64,000 nt of DNA from Amphiscolops sp. MND2022 (Eukaryota). Every line of letters begins with the position of its first letter. The stretch's first letter is position 1. The stretch covers positions 15,686,001-15,750,000 of the forward strand of contig OZ076413.1 of the NCBI GenBank assembly GCA_964187785.1, written 5' to 3'. A program made the translations under genes and the position numbers. The notes beneath the pieces are model-generated. The model had not been told where the DNA came from. It searched no databases and saw only the letters and a program-made list of their open reading frames with translations. Below, piece by piece: positions 49,791-62,223 of the stretch.

Positions 49791-50219
49791 TTTTCAGTGC
49801 AACATCCACAATTAGATTAAAAGGCGGCCTTTCTTCATCATTGTGATCTAATATTAAGTTGTCAATGTTAAAATGATCAACACAGTCCCCAACACAGGCC
49901 ACTATAGTTGATTCGTCGGATGTTACCGAAGTTTTGCTAGCATTGTCGTTCATATCGCTGGGTGGTTCTTTAACACATGTAGGTTGTACATAATTTGAAT
50001 CGATTTGTGCAACTGTAAAAGATCATTGAAATTTAGGTGAATGCTCGCAGTTTTTGTGCTATTGAGTGCCAGAACCTGTTCAATGACATTTTGAGGACCT
50101 CTTGATGAAATTATAGCGCGTAAATTGGTGTTGGGTGATAGAGGAACGTTAACTGAAATGTGGGCTGATTTTTGTGCGACAGACATTTGTGGAGGTTGCG
50201 AGAGAAAATGACTAAAACT

Positions 50220-50663
50220 TCAAACGGTTGTATTCTTTCCTGTGTAACATATTTGATAAAACCAAAACGCCAATCCCGTAATGTGGCCAAAAAACATGTT
50301 GTTGGCAAAGATTGGTTTTTCACTTAGAGTATATACGTAGCCTGGTCCTACGCCGAAGTTACTCCTCATGCAGCCAAAAGCATCGTGAAAAATTGCATGT
50401 AGCCGAAATATTTTAAAATGTTTCAGCCACTTATCCATCAGGCTGTCTCCTGGTCCTATGAGACCACCGAAAGGTGCCAACTCGTTTATATCATGAAGGT
50501 TGACTTCTTTGTTTAAACACCAGCAGACAGCTAGAAATGCATTTTTACGTTGAGAGTTTTTAGGGAACAAGTAGTTTGTAAGCTGGAAATTATTTTCCAA
50601 TTGTTCAGTATCAATGAAGTCCATAATACGATAGTTAACTTGCTTATGTTTTTTGAAAACCAA
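50220..50663 (-). CDS. Parvovirus-type phospholipase A2-like protein (PLA2X-like)
   Basis: GGLIGPGDS...(20 aa)...HAIFHDAF: GPG Ca-loop-like motif and HD dyad. Confidence 0.6.
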   Translation of the reverse strand: MVFKKHKQVNYRIMDFIDTEQLENNFQLTNYLFPKNSQRKNAFLAVCWCLNKEVNLHDINELAPFGGLIGPGDSLMDKWLKHFKIFRLHAIFHDAFGCMRSNFGVGPGYVYTLSEKPIFANNMFFGHITGLAFWFYQICYTGKNTTV

Positions 50664-50703
50664 CTGCTCTTTAGTTTAAATTCACAATAAAAGAATTAGA
50701 CAA

Positions 50704-51639
50704 TCAAAGAAATTGTGCATTCTCATCAACGAAAGAGAATATATTAGGATTACATTCGTTGTGTTCGTTAGCGGTCAAACTGGCTCCACAGAAGCTGGTT
50801 GAATTTTCCTGGCATTCAAAACATTGACATTGTGCGTCAGAAAATCCCAAGTCTACTGACAAAACATTATTGTGATGAGACGCCTTGATAGTCCCGAATC
50901 CTCTCATGAGAAGCTCAATAAAATGGAGTACACTGTCTTTAAAAATTGCTGGAGACCTCTCAAGCTCAGCTAATTGCTTGCTAAGGAAGGAAAGTTTTTC
51001 AATGTCTTCACTTTCATCGAATTTTGTGTAACAGCTGCGCTGAAGCTCCCATGACAATTCATAACTGCATCTCAAATCAGTTGTTGGTTTCATTTTCAAA
51101 ATTGATTTCATCTTTTCCCCATGAATGAACAAACGGTTTCCACCAAGTTGTGCTTCAGTTTGAAAACAATTCTCAGGGTAGGAAACTTTGAATAATTTGA
51201 CGAGACTGTCTTTCATTTTTGTTCCTTTTTGTGGATTCAGGATGTTGTTACTTATGAAATCTTTGATGAATTTCTCTGCGCCCACGAATGATTTGATGTA
51301 GAACAGAACGTGATAGTGTTCACCAAGAACGTTTGAACACTCATCTTCCGCTTCACTCTTGTTGGCCGTGTTGTGACATCTGATACTGTATTGACAAGAA
51401 GTGTTGTTGAGTAGGCTCTTCACCAGGCGACAGAGGCTCTCCGGTAGTTTCGGTTGAAGTATTTCATTTGCATATTTGATCATTTTGCAGGGCGGTGGAT
51501 CAAGAAGTTCCCGACCTGGAGTCTCTTCTTTAGAGAAATACACCAAATAATAAAAATGTGAAGGAACTTCTCTAAATATACTGGTCATGGCGAAGTCTAA
51601 CCAGAGAATGATTTCTGTGACGAAAAGTAATCTTATCAA
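50704..51639 (-). CDS. Hypothetical protein with HUH motif (possible Rep/NS1-type endonuclease domain) and C-terminal CxCxxC
   Basis: Intact 311-aa ORF; FYYLVYF ... GEHYHVLFY ... ; CQCFEC near the C-terminus. Confidence 0.45.
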   Translation of the reverse strand: MIRLLFVTEIILWLDFAMTSIFREVPSHFYYLVYFSKEETPGRELLDPPPCKMIKYANEILQPKLPESLCRLVKSLLNNTSCQYSIRCHNTANKSEAEDECSNVLGEHYHVLFYIKSFVGAEKFIKDFISNNILNPQKGTKMKDSLVKLFKVSYPENCFQTEAQLGGNRLFIHGEKMKSILKMKPTTDLRCSYELSWELQRSCYTKFDESEDIEKLSFLSKQLAELERSPAIFKDSVLHFIELLMRGFGTIKASHHNNVLSVDLGFSDAQCQCFECQENSTSFCGASLTANEHNECNPNIFSFVDENAQFL

Positions 51640-52045
51640 CTTTCCAGGTTGTGCAATTCCTTTTTTCCTTAGTTATGGTTTTTCGCAGTCCGAGCGTGCA
51701 CTCCTTTTTGGAATGTGCATGAAACTTTGAGTATGCATTGGTTGTTCGGACTGTGCGGTTATGCCATAAATGGTATCTCAAATTGGTTACTTGTGTTAGA
51801 AGTTTTTGTTAAGTTTCTAACACAAGGATGAGTTTCAAATTTCTTTGCTGTTTTGAGGGGTATATTACCGTTTACAGGTCGAGCATTTGAAGGTCAAGCA
51901 TGAAGAAAAGAAGGTTAGTTAAACTTCATTTTCTAAAAATTTTGTCGAATAAAAAGTTTGATTTCTGTATCAGTGCATATTTGTTTAGCTGTCATGGTTT
52001 GTTATTTAAGCAAAGTTCATGTCGTTCTCGAACTTTGGCCTTATA

Positions 52046-52184
52046 GCACGTTTTAAGATTAGGGATCCATGATTGAGTCTAAGAATTCTATCTCAGAATT
52101 TTGGGATCCATGATTGAGTCTAAGAATTCTATCTTAGAACTTTGGGATCCTTTATTGAGTCTAAACCCCCCTTCCCTTACTACT
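52046..52184 (-). repeat. Right TIR of Polinton (139 bp)
   Basis: As the left TIR but with two copies of the 41-bp unit GGATCCCAAAATTCTAAGATAGAATTCTTAGACTCAATCAT. Confidence 0.95.
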
Positions 52185-55100
52185 TGAACTACTAATTGTA
52201 TAACAGCTCTGCAGCACTATATAAACAGCAGAGTCAGGTAACGCGATGCAGGAAACGACATTGAAGCTATCCTGGTCCTTTGAGGTACCTCGAATCAAAA
52301 TTACGTGGAAGCACTTAAAAGTGCTGAATAGTTCAACGCAAATTCTGAAAATTTATTTCTAAATTTAAAGAACGAATCTAAAACTTTTGGAGTGCCAGTC
52401 CGAATTACAACTAAAACAACAACGAACTTGACTCCTAAACGAAGAATGAAACGAAACACAAAATTGCGTCGAATCGTTCCCAAAATTTTTGGCGAGTTAT
52501 GGTTGTAAAGTTTGAAACATTGAACTTTTGATATGGCTATTAGCCAAAATGAAACAAATGTTTACTTGCTAAAACTACAGCGAAAATTTTCCATTTATAG
52601 AATTTTGAAGGTTTCTGAAGAAAATTTTGCGTATGTAGATACATGCTACTGGACTAATAAAAAAATCTTCAGGGTACTATTTCAGTAGTCCACCATATCA
52701 CATTTGGTTTTATCATTCAAGTAACACCACTAATACGATTCTCATAATACCCTTTGGAAATCATCTCGAATAATATAGTCTAGATTTATGGCGTATCTAC
52801 TTTATCTGCTGTAATAACCAATCAAAATTCACCAACTCTATACTTCTCTACTTACCATTCACTTTTGTATACCATAGAGACGAATAAAGTATCGAGTTGA
52901 ACTCAGGTTTCCTTTTAATAGACCCAACATTGCAACTCTGTTATTGGTCAGTTTAAAGTACACATAGTTTGACAAACTTGTCACTAAGAAATGAAGCATG
53001 TTTGTTTCTGCGAGCTACAAACCGTGTGATAGCAAATACGATGTCTCCGCTTCAGAATACGGAACAACCTCTCTGTATACTGAATATGTCGTCAAGCATG
53101 TAGCAGAACAGCAACATCTCTCAAAAGTTTCTTTGAATAAATTTCCTTCAAAGGGACCAAGGCAATTCCAATGTTGGTCAAGAGGAACACTCGTTTCTGC
53201 TATCTTTCTTGGATTAAACCAGCATTAAATTGCTAGGAACTACAACTCATCGCTTTCTACCTTCAGCAAATTTCGTTGTGACACTTCTCAGAGCATTCCG
53301 CAATCCAAATTTCTTTCTATTCCAGATTTTTTAATTTTGCGACCCGTTTCCCACAAATTTATTTGGGGGAGGAAAATCATGATCTGTGATGCGTTTTTTT
53401 CCAAATTCTGCCATAACTCACTTAGTTACTAGAAACTAAGATAGTCAAGTAACTACAATACCTTAGTGGGGGTACAATTTCTAAGGTCAAAAAAGGGAAT
53501 AAGATCTGAAAGGAAAAGGATTCAAAATCAATGAATTTTAAATCTTATTCTTTAGATCCTGTTTCCCCTCCCAAAAGCCTTTTGGCTCAATTGGTGAAGG
53601 CGAAGAGGGAGGAAAATATCCCGGTGCTTAGTGGGCGTCTTGTTAAATGTACTGTTTCATCATGAAATTTCGGTTTATGTACGTCTTCAATCAATTTGAT
53701 GATTACATGGGTTTTTGCTGACAACGTTATCAGCTGCTTGACATCATAGTTTGAGTTTGCCTCTTCCTCTACAGTACACGATTGTTTCATATATTACGTA
53801 TACATATTTTTTTATGTTTACGTATTTTAAATACATAGTGTGTAATGTGCTTTTGTTGTAGCAATCCATGTTTCTATATTCATCCAATAGTATGTTCAAT
53901 TGATCTGAAATCCGTCGACTGCTGTACTTAAGAAATCTTCTCGTGAGCATCAGCTAACATTTTTCTGACAGTTTAAAAATCGCTAGCTTTGCGCATCAAG
54001 CTCTTTAGCAGTCACAGTTCTTTTGAACTCCTGTTTTTTCCATATAGGGCATTTGAGAACACATGGATCATTTTTCGGGTACATCAAAACTTTTTCCATT
54101 CTAGTGGTTGTTGTATCACAACCGCTTTCATGACTGGTTCACGCCCTCTAGAAGGCTGAACCATGGCTTGTCTGTCATTTTATGCCAAGCATGTTCTGTC
54201 TCCCTAATCAACGCCGGCCATGAGAGCCACTCACTCTCATTCAGGGTCTCAATTTATGTTTCGCAATTTCCAATGTCATTGGATTTCGTTTCTCCTCAAA
54301 CATTCAAATATGTTGCTATTGATCATCGGTTGAGACATGCAGGATTTCGGCAACTCTAGTTTCTTCTTGTTAGCTAAATGAATTAATTCTCTTGTTGTTC
54401 AAACTGTTCAATGTTCCTTTTGATCTTGATCGATGTCGTGTTCATCCAAGAAGAGGCCTTGCAGTCTCTGTGGAAAACTGCGGTCTGCATCTGTAACTTG
54501 CGTCTGCTAAATTCCCAAACATTACAAGAATCAGAAACACAAATTTTCCCACATACACCTATTTATAATGAAAAATCAATCATTACACGTATTGTTTCAT
54601 ATATTACGTATACATATTTTTTGTTTACGTATTTTGAATACATAGTGTGTAACGTTTGAAATTATATCATAAGTAAAAATGTGTTGGACAGCAACCAAAA
54701 TGATGTGAGAAAGTCAAGTAAAAGGAAAGCTGTAAAACGTAATTACGTATATTGATCAAATTAGCGTAAACCAGTCGTATACAAAAGCTTAAACCAGTCA
54801 AACTGATTAAAACTGCAATTACGATGTGTTGCAATATTACGAATTGGAAAAACAAAAGACTGTAAGGTTGGATTAGAGTAAAGTAGTCAAAGCTTGATTC
54901 CTTTGACTGTTTCAAAGATCGATTTTTTGAGTAGAATGGAATGGAATTCTAGTTATCGTAAACTGATTAAATGTACGTTTTCTACACGTTAAGAAATTGA
55001 ACATATTTCAGGTTTAAATCACTGGACCAGTTTCCTTTTTGATCTAATTACGCTCGCAATGATAAAAACTCGCAATTATTGGTTACACTGTACACCAATA

Positions 55101-57674
55101 TTCGCGATGAACACACTGCACTGTTTGATTAGAATACCGTCCACTCTCCTTTCACGGAAAACACAAATTAAACTTGATGATGCAATCAAGTCAACTTTTG
55201 CGGCATGTGTATCGTAAAGATGGTAATAGTTTTGTCCCAAAGTCACCTTAACCAGTTTTGGTTCAATTGTTCTTCGCCTAGTGCCAACAATTTGGACAAT
55301 TGGAGATGGGAGCGTTTAAGTTCTCAGTAGTTTTAGACGTTGATTCCGGCGTCTACGAGTGAAGACTGTCGTGTGGCTTCTATCATTACTTGCAATGCCA
55401 GGCTTTCAATCCTTGATTTCAAGACAGTTGTCCTTTGTATTGGTCTATGTCTTCATTGCGAGAAATGAACATGTCAGTCCTTGTCGTCTTCATGGAGAAG
55501 AGGTTTGCTCTAGAGTCACTGAACGCCATGAATGATTCTTGTTTCTTTGGATGACGACGGGTATAACAAGTTGGTCTTCTTGTCCCTTTTTCAGTATTCC
55601 ATGTGTTCCACGATGGTTTTACATGCTACATCCTTTGACTCCGCACAATTTGTTTGCGCAATCTTTTACCATATCAAGTCAAACAACAAAAGCAGGGTTT
55701 CAGATCTTTGGCTTTTTAAAGTCTTGCATTCATGTTCAGAAGTATTTCTCCTTTTCACAGGGGTTGTACAACATAATTTCAAAAGACAATCTCTGGGAAC
55801 ATTTACGTCAATTGTATTCTTGTTGAGTGTATCTTTTCTTGCCATTTTCGATTTGTCAGCGTTAGGATTGCCTGACATGAGAAAGTCTTCCTGCAGCGCT
55901 GCTAACTTTGTCGCAATCAGAAGCTGGAGGCCGCCAGCCCATGTGGCAGATGACATATTGTTTCCTGTAAGTTAACCACTCAGCCTTCAAGTTCTTTGGC
56001 AGTTTTGTTTCGCACTGCTGAAGACATTTTCTGACTGCAACTCTTCATCAAACATTGTCTGTTTCAGAAATTGTAATCAAAATAAAACAATTCTCCAGTA
56101 ACTTACCAATGCTACAGTGTCGAACGGTTTACTTCTTCGGCATTCCAGGTGACCTTTGTTTTGAGGTGTTCATTTCCAGTCTGACGTCAATGGGCGCAGC
56201 GTGGACGTTTGTCTGGAAGAAATTTTACCACTCGGGCCATTCCAATGGATAACTTGACAGCACCGCTAGCTTCAGTTTCGGTTACATGGCTGATATACTC
56301 ACAGTACCACTTTTTGTGGACGCGCTTCGACCCTGTATGGGTGCAGAAAAGCGATCAGGGGGTGCCGCGTGTGGCTTTAGTGTATCAATTGTCATCTGGT
56401 TTTCTGTCGAATGTTGGTTTGAGTTCAAATTCTTACTAACTTAACATGTTATGGTTCACTCCTTTTCAAGTGTTCAATGCTGCTTTCGAGAAGAAACGGT
56501 TTACCGAGGAACCCGCGTTTGCTACTGTAGCCGCCTGCGCCAGGTTACCTGCTCAGTGACATACTTGTGTTGTATGAGGCAATGCTTCAGCTTGCCGTTG
56601 AATGAAATCACTAACCAGTCCGACTCTGGGCACCTCATTCCCATTCTTTGTTAGTCTGCAATCAAACTCAACATGATGAAATCAGGAAGATACTTTCTTA
56701 AACGGATCGCTGTGAACGGTACCGCGAAGACGCTTTGTAAACTTGAACTTGTTCAGCTACTCCCTGTAGTTCCGTCGTTTGGGTTTTTCGTGAGTTTGAT
56801 ACTTTGGGTTTTTTGACACTTTCATGTCCTTTTGCTATTTTTGAGTCTAGATATGGCGCAGACTTACGCCGTTTCCGGCTTGTTATATCTACTAACGTCA
56901 TAGCTGGGAATCACAATTTTGCTGAGTGACCTGTAAGTTCTCAAGTGTGATTGGTGAAGTGGGTCTTAATGGAAGAATGAGGATGTTACTCGGCTGAGGT
57001 GTTTCGCTTGTGTAATTGTATACGTGTGCAAGTTTCATGTCTCTATGATTGTTGGCGGAGAAAAACCATTTGGGGGAGAGACTTTGGCGGTTTATGAGGT
57101 GAGGTTTTCCTTCAAAGTTTCATGGACGTTTCTTATAGTTTTGAGTTCTAATTGTTATAGAGAATGTTCACTACCGCTTTTCTGATCTTCAAGTTAACTT
57201 GCGCCAACATGTACAGTTTAGAATATATCAGATTGTTTCATTGTTAAAAATATGAAGTATTTGCGACAAAATGTTGGAAGATTTTGCTTTAGGTTTCATT
57301 TTTTGAAAGATTCGTTTTATGTTTCACAAGAAACCTTTTCGGCTCTTTTCTGTTCCCCCACCATCAAAATTTTTTGAGCGAAAATTACAGAAAAATTTTC
57401 AAACTGTTTAAATTCGATGTGAAGTTTTTCCCATAGCACGAAATTAACTTATATTGGAATAGTTTTTTAGTTGAACAAAACATTTTTCACACATTTTGAC
57501 AGTATATATGTTGAGCCTTGACTTTTTTAGTGACTCACAACAGGAAGCGAATGATTTTTAAACAAGAAAGCGTGACTTCAGAAGGAAAAATGCAAGAACA
57601 AAAATGCATCTGAATTCTAAAATGTCATTCTGAGAATAAATGCGAAAGTAAATGTTTCTAATTTAATTCTAAGT

Positions 57675-58660
57675 CTTTTTAGTCGGCACTTCATGAAGTG
57701 AAACGCGACTATTATAGTGACTCTTTTTTTCTATTCACACGAACTGACCACAATAGTTCTTAAAAGTTCTTCAAAATATTATTGCACCAAATTGCACTAT
57801 TTGGCCCAGAGAACTGAACCAAAAAGGTTGTTCCTGTTTTTCCGCGTAACATACCATACCGGGCGAGACCAAAGAGTTTCCCTTTCATTTTTTTCGGCAA
57901 TGCGAGACTTTTTTTCGAAAGAAAATTTTCTCCAAAGGGTCCCCCTTCAATTTTTTGCTGTTTTGCGTCGGAATGGATGTTGGAAAATCCCAATGGGTCC
58001 CCCTTACAGTTTTTTTGGCACTGTGAGATTTTTTTCCGAAAATAAAAATTTTCCCCCTTCAATTTTTTGATGTTTCGCCACAGAATGGATGTTGAAAAAC
58101 CCCAAAGGGCCCCCTTTCAGTTTTTCGGCATAATTTTTCCTAGAATTTGTTTCTCTCCAAAGGGTCTCCCTTCAATTTCTTTGTTATTTTACAACAGATT
58201 GGGTGTTTAAAAATCCCAAAGAGTCTCCCTTTCAGTTTTTCGGCATAATGAGACATTTTTCCTAAAATTTTTTTCTCTCCTAAGGGTCTCCCTTCAATTT
58301 CTTTGATATTTTACAACAGATTGGGTGTTTTAAATCCCAAAGGGTCCCCCTTCAGTTTTTCGGCGCTGTGAGATTTTTTTCGAAAATTTGTTTTTTCTCC
58401 GAAGTGTCCCCCTTCAACTGCGACAAAAATGTTGACAATTTCGGAAGTGTCCCCCTTTTAGCGCCCCAGGGCTCGCGCTAGCGGGCCCAGGCGCACCTCT
58501 CGGTCCATTTTTCTAGATATCTAATTTTTTCGAAAAATTTTTTTCTAAAAATTTTCGACTTTCGAGTACTGTAAAAGAGAATACTTGACACTTGTACGTT
58601 TTTTTTTTCAATTTTTGAGACTTGGATATGACGCCGACTTGGGCCGATCCCGGCTTGTTG
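57675..58660. mobile_element. Non-autonomous repeat, HINE/DINE-1-like, with central ~115-bp tandem subrepeats
   Basis: Stem-loop TAGTCG-GCACTTCATGAAGTG-..CGACTA at 57680-57711; GCCGACTTGGGCCGATCCCGGCTTGTT at ~58633-58659; repeated AAAGGGTC(C/T)CCCTTCA units at ~57930-58420. Confidence 0.6.
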
Positions 58661-59387
58661 TTTTAATACTTTCACAAAAAATTTTCAAAAAAGTAGGTGT
58701 TGGGAGTGGTTCGGAGGGGAAAGAATTGACCTACCTTTTCATTAACATAGTTCATTCCATTCTGAGAGTTCATGAATATGCAAGATTATGTCATGGATCC
58801 TCATGAAAGAATCATTGCTTCCTTTTGTTGTAATGATCTTGCTGAACAATCAATTTTTCGAACAAAATGAAATTCACTATGGACTCTGATTCGAATGTGA
58901 TAAAAAAGCATCCATAATTACTCATGAAGTCGGAACATTACGACGTTAATCGGGGAAAACTTGATTTTTTCAAGAATTGACAAAAGTTGGTTTTCTCACC
59001 TACCAAAATGTGTTTTCAAGAAATCACAAAAGTTGTGCACTTCAAAGAGAATGGTAGTGCAAATAGTAGATTTAATGATAATTTTGTCCAAAATTATTCT
59101 ATTTGACTTCAAGCTTATTACCTTCTTCAAATATCTCTAAACAACTCCTCACGAGCAAAGTAGCGACTGCATGAGTGCACAGCTAGTTCGTTCTTCAAAT
59201 GACTGACCACGAGTGAAAATGGACGACACGTAGACTTCAGACATAGTTTCACGTCTCAATGACAATTCATATTTGTCTAGAATTGTGCTATTTGTAATCA
59301 AACATTTTATATCCAAAGTTGTTTTGTTCATAAAATAAATTTTATTTCAGTTTATTTTTTTAATTAGATTTTTTTCATTAGTTCTAA

Positions 59388-59437
59388 GACTCCATGATTT
59401 TATGACTCCATGAGTGTATGACTCCATGAGTGTATGA
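59388..59437. repeat. Minisatellite, ~3 x 16-bp GACTCCATGAGTGTAT
   Basis: Directly visible tandem units. Confidence 0.8.
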
Positions 59438-61122
59438 ACAACAGCTGAGCAAAATTTTTATGATTAAATTGTAACAACCCCGGGGGCGTATTCCTAAATA
59501 CTTATAAATTATTATTTGATTGTTATTTGATTCAAAATAATTTGATTCATTTCAAATAAAAATAGGGTTTTTTTAATTTGACAAATATGGGGGGATTTTT
59601 ATTTGAAACATTCTACTCAAACAATTCTGGAGGCGTTACAAAATAATTTGTTTCATTACAATTATTAAGAAGTTTTTAGAATTCGGCAAACAGTGGATTT
59701 ATATTGTGAAAACCATTTCAACATATTCAACAAAATTATTCATATACCAACGGTAGAATCCACAAATTTTCTGTAATGGTATTTCGGTGAATCCATACGA
59801 AACGAAGAATCACAAAAATTTAGTAACTCCAATAAGTGACCTAATTAGCGAAGAATCTACGCCAACCAACAATTGCTTAGTGAAGAATCCACACAATATC
59901 AAGAATCGAGAGAAACGAGAGAATATTTCTATTTGCGTTCTTCGCAGGTTACACACGGTACGGTATTAGTGCAAGATCCAGAAAAATATTACACTCCACT
60001 TTTCTCAATTCTTGAAACGCATGTGTTATAATGCAGCTGAAGAATTCACATAAGACTACAACGGATTTGTTGCAGTCACTGTTTTTCCCCGATTGGCGTC
60101 GTAATGAATCCAACAAGCCGAGAACCGCATAAGTCAGCGTTCCGCTTATGGCTCAAAGAGCAAAAGTTTGAAATCGTCATGGTGTTTATGAAAAAGGAAT
60201 CAACCTCACATAGGCAAAAAAAACTTTGAAAAAAATTGAAAGATTTTTTCTATCTAGAAATAACAAATAGGTCAAGGGGGACTCTTTAGGAATTGGAATT
60301 TTGTCAAAAAACGTCATACAGTTCTGAAATTATCACTCCAATCAATTTTCAATCCGAAAAAGTTCAAAACTTTGATGTGCAGAGTCTTTTAATCAGTTCC
60401 AATTTTCGTGAATTTTTGTTGAACTTCCATGCCGAACTCTCGGCAGGATTGAAACGAAAGAAAAAATACGACGAAAAGCCACTATAATAGCCTCGTTCAA
60501 GAAGTGCAGACTAAAATTGGCAACATCTTATTTGTAACCATCAGTTGGTGCTAAAGTCAAGTTTTAACTCTAAGTGGTCTTTTGTGGAAGCAATATTTGA
60601 CCATTCAATTTTGTCCGCACATCAGAACGTTTTTGGTAGACTCACAGTCTTCAAAGGTTAAGCTGATGTTTGGAAAAAACGCTATTTGAGAATTTAGCGT
60701 TTCCAAAATGTACCAATTTCTGAGCAAAAGCATCGAACAGAGACAATGAAAGAAACAAAAAAATTCCAACTCAAGTTTCGGATCACAAAATAATCTTTGA
60801 TTTTTTAAACAGCAAAAAACTAAGTGGGGTTTTATAACAAACATAAATGTGATATAAAAATATAAAACATAGTTCAAGAGCTCCCTCGGTACATCAAAGG
60901 TTAGTAGGATCAATAGAACAATTTTTATTCTTTCAATACTTCTAGAAACTAATTGGAGTTTTATAGCTTAATGAAATTGTAATTGTTGTTTATGAAAATG
61001 AAACCACATTAAGTCTTCAACAACGTGTTGTTTTTGCTTGAGGAGATTTATAGATGCATCAAAAATTGAATAGTTTGAGGTCACAAAAGTTGACACGAGG
61101 TAAGTGGTTATTCGGTGACCAA

Positions 61123-61389
61123 TCAAATCTTTCGGAGCACCACTTCCAAATTATTTATGGTAATTTCTGAGTCATCGACTAGCATTTGGACTTGTTGAGA
61201 AGGGTGCGGCGCAACCGTGGCTGTAGATTGAGAACGAACAAGTCGATAAACCAATATCCAGGGAGGGATGGTTGTCAGGAAACCCAGAGCACTCAGAACA
61301 CAGACAACCATAACCGAAACTTTCCACGCGGAGCAGTCGTCTGAAACGATAGTTACTGACTGTCTTGTATTGAAATGGTAGACAGACAT
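61123..61389 (-). CDS. Possible terminal exon of a single-pass membrane protein
   Basis: Hydrophobic VSVMVVCVLSALGFLTTIPPWILVY followed by a short tail and stop; no other exons identified. Confidence 0.25.
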   Translation of the reverse strand: MSVYHFNTRQSVTIVSDDCSAWKVSVMVVCVLSALGFLTTIPPWILVYRLVRSQSTATVAPHPSQQVQMLVDDSEITINNLEVVLRKI

Positions 61390-61412
61390 TTTCTATTGCA
61401 ATATGGTCATTA

Positions 61413-62223
61413 CAGTAGCGTTCTAAAAATCGCAACTCCATTGCTTAAAATTGCAAATTTCAAATCCAAATATCTTAAAAATTGTCACAAATACGGAAAA
61501 AACTGTCAGCTAGGAAAATTTTTGTAGAATTCTATCTAGTCACTACGGTGACTCAAGAAACGGTTTACTCTAGTGACTCTCAAGAAATCTACTCTAGAAA
61601 CGGTTTACAAAAATGGTTGTTTGAAATTTCTGCGACAAAAATTACAAATATTTGAATTTGTGAATTTTCTAGATTTTGACAAAGTTGAAAAAGTATTTTT
61701 AAAAATTTTCAGTCCACCAATTGCCCCTCAATCTCCGGAGGGTTCTAATATGATTTGATTGAAAATCTTCTTTCGATTTCAAATAATATGAAAATCATCA
61801 ATTTTACTGAGACAATTCTATAGTCTATCTTAATACATGTACTTCTGTGCTCATAGACACAAAATATAGTGCATTTTTTTCTGATTCGGAACAATTTCTC
61901 AATCAAAACATTTCAGTAGGTCAGAGATATAGATTATAGGGAGTCTCCGAATGAGAAAAAATCCGAAAATGTTAATTCTAAGCCACTCAATTCTTGAAAA
62001 AAACTCATATCTCAAATATCGATTATTTTTCCTAAAATCTGCTATTTTCAACTTTCTCAATATAAGTCGTAGAAATTCTGAACAATTGTTTTTTGTAAAT
62101 TGGATAAAACTCTGAGAAATTTTTGTAGCAGACAAGTTTTGATTTTGTGACAGTTTCGGAGATACATGGTTTCGAATTTTGTCATTTTGAGTAATGGAGT
62201 TGCGATATTTTAGAACGCTACTG
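61413..62223. mobile_element. TA-flanked MITE (Tc1/mariner-like) with long imperfect TIRs
   Basis: TA|CAGTAGCGTTCTAAAA..TCGCAACTCCATT at the left end, its reverse complement ending at 62223 (flank CA); no coding capacity. Confidence 0.6.

Larger units (their letters stand above)
38068..52184. mobile_element. Polinton/Maverick (adintovirus-like endogenous virus), 14,117 bp, full-length but decayed
   Basis: AGTAGT...ACTACT termini, TIRs, and 6-bp TSD TGAACT (38062-38067, 52185-52190). Complete core set: pPolB, INT, ATPase, PRO, MCP, mCP. Confidence 0.97.

Noticed and set aside
38068-52184. Near-identical TIRs versus many coding lesions as evidence of recent trans-mobilisation of a dead Polinton
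   Set aside because: About 1 mismatch in 80 TIR bases is roughly compatible with a dozen disabling lesions over ~13 kb of neutral decay; not anomalous without more copies.
57850-58420. CRISPR-like array
   Set aside because: Units are long, diverged tandem repeats without unique spacers, the context is eukaryotic, and no cas genes are present.
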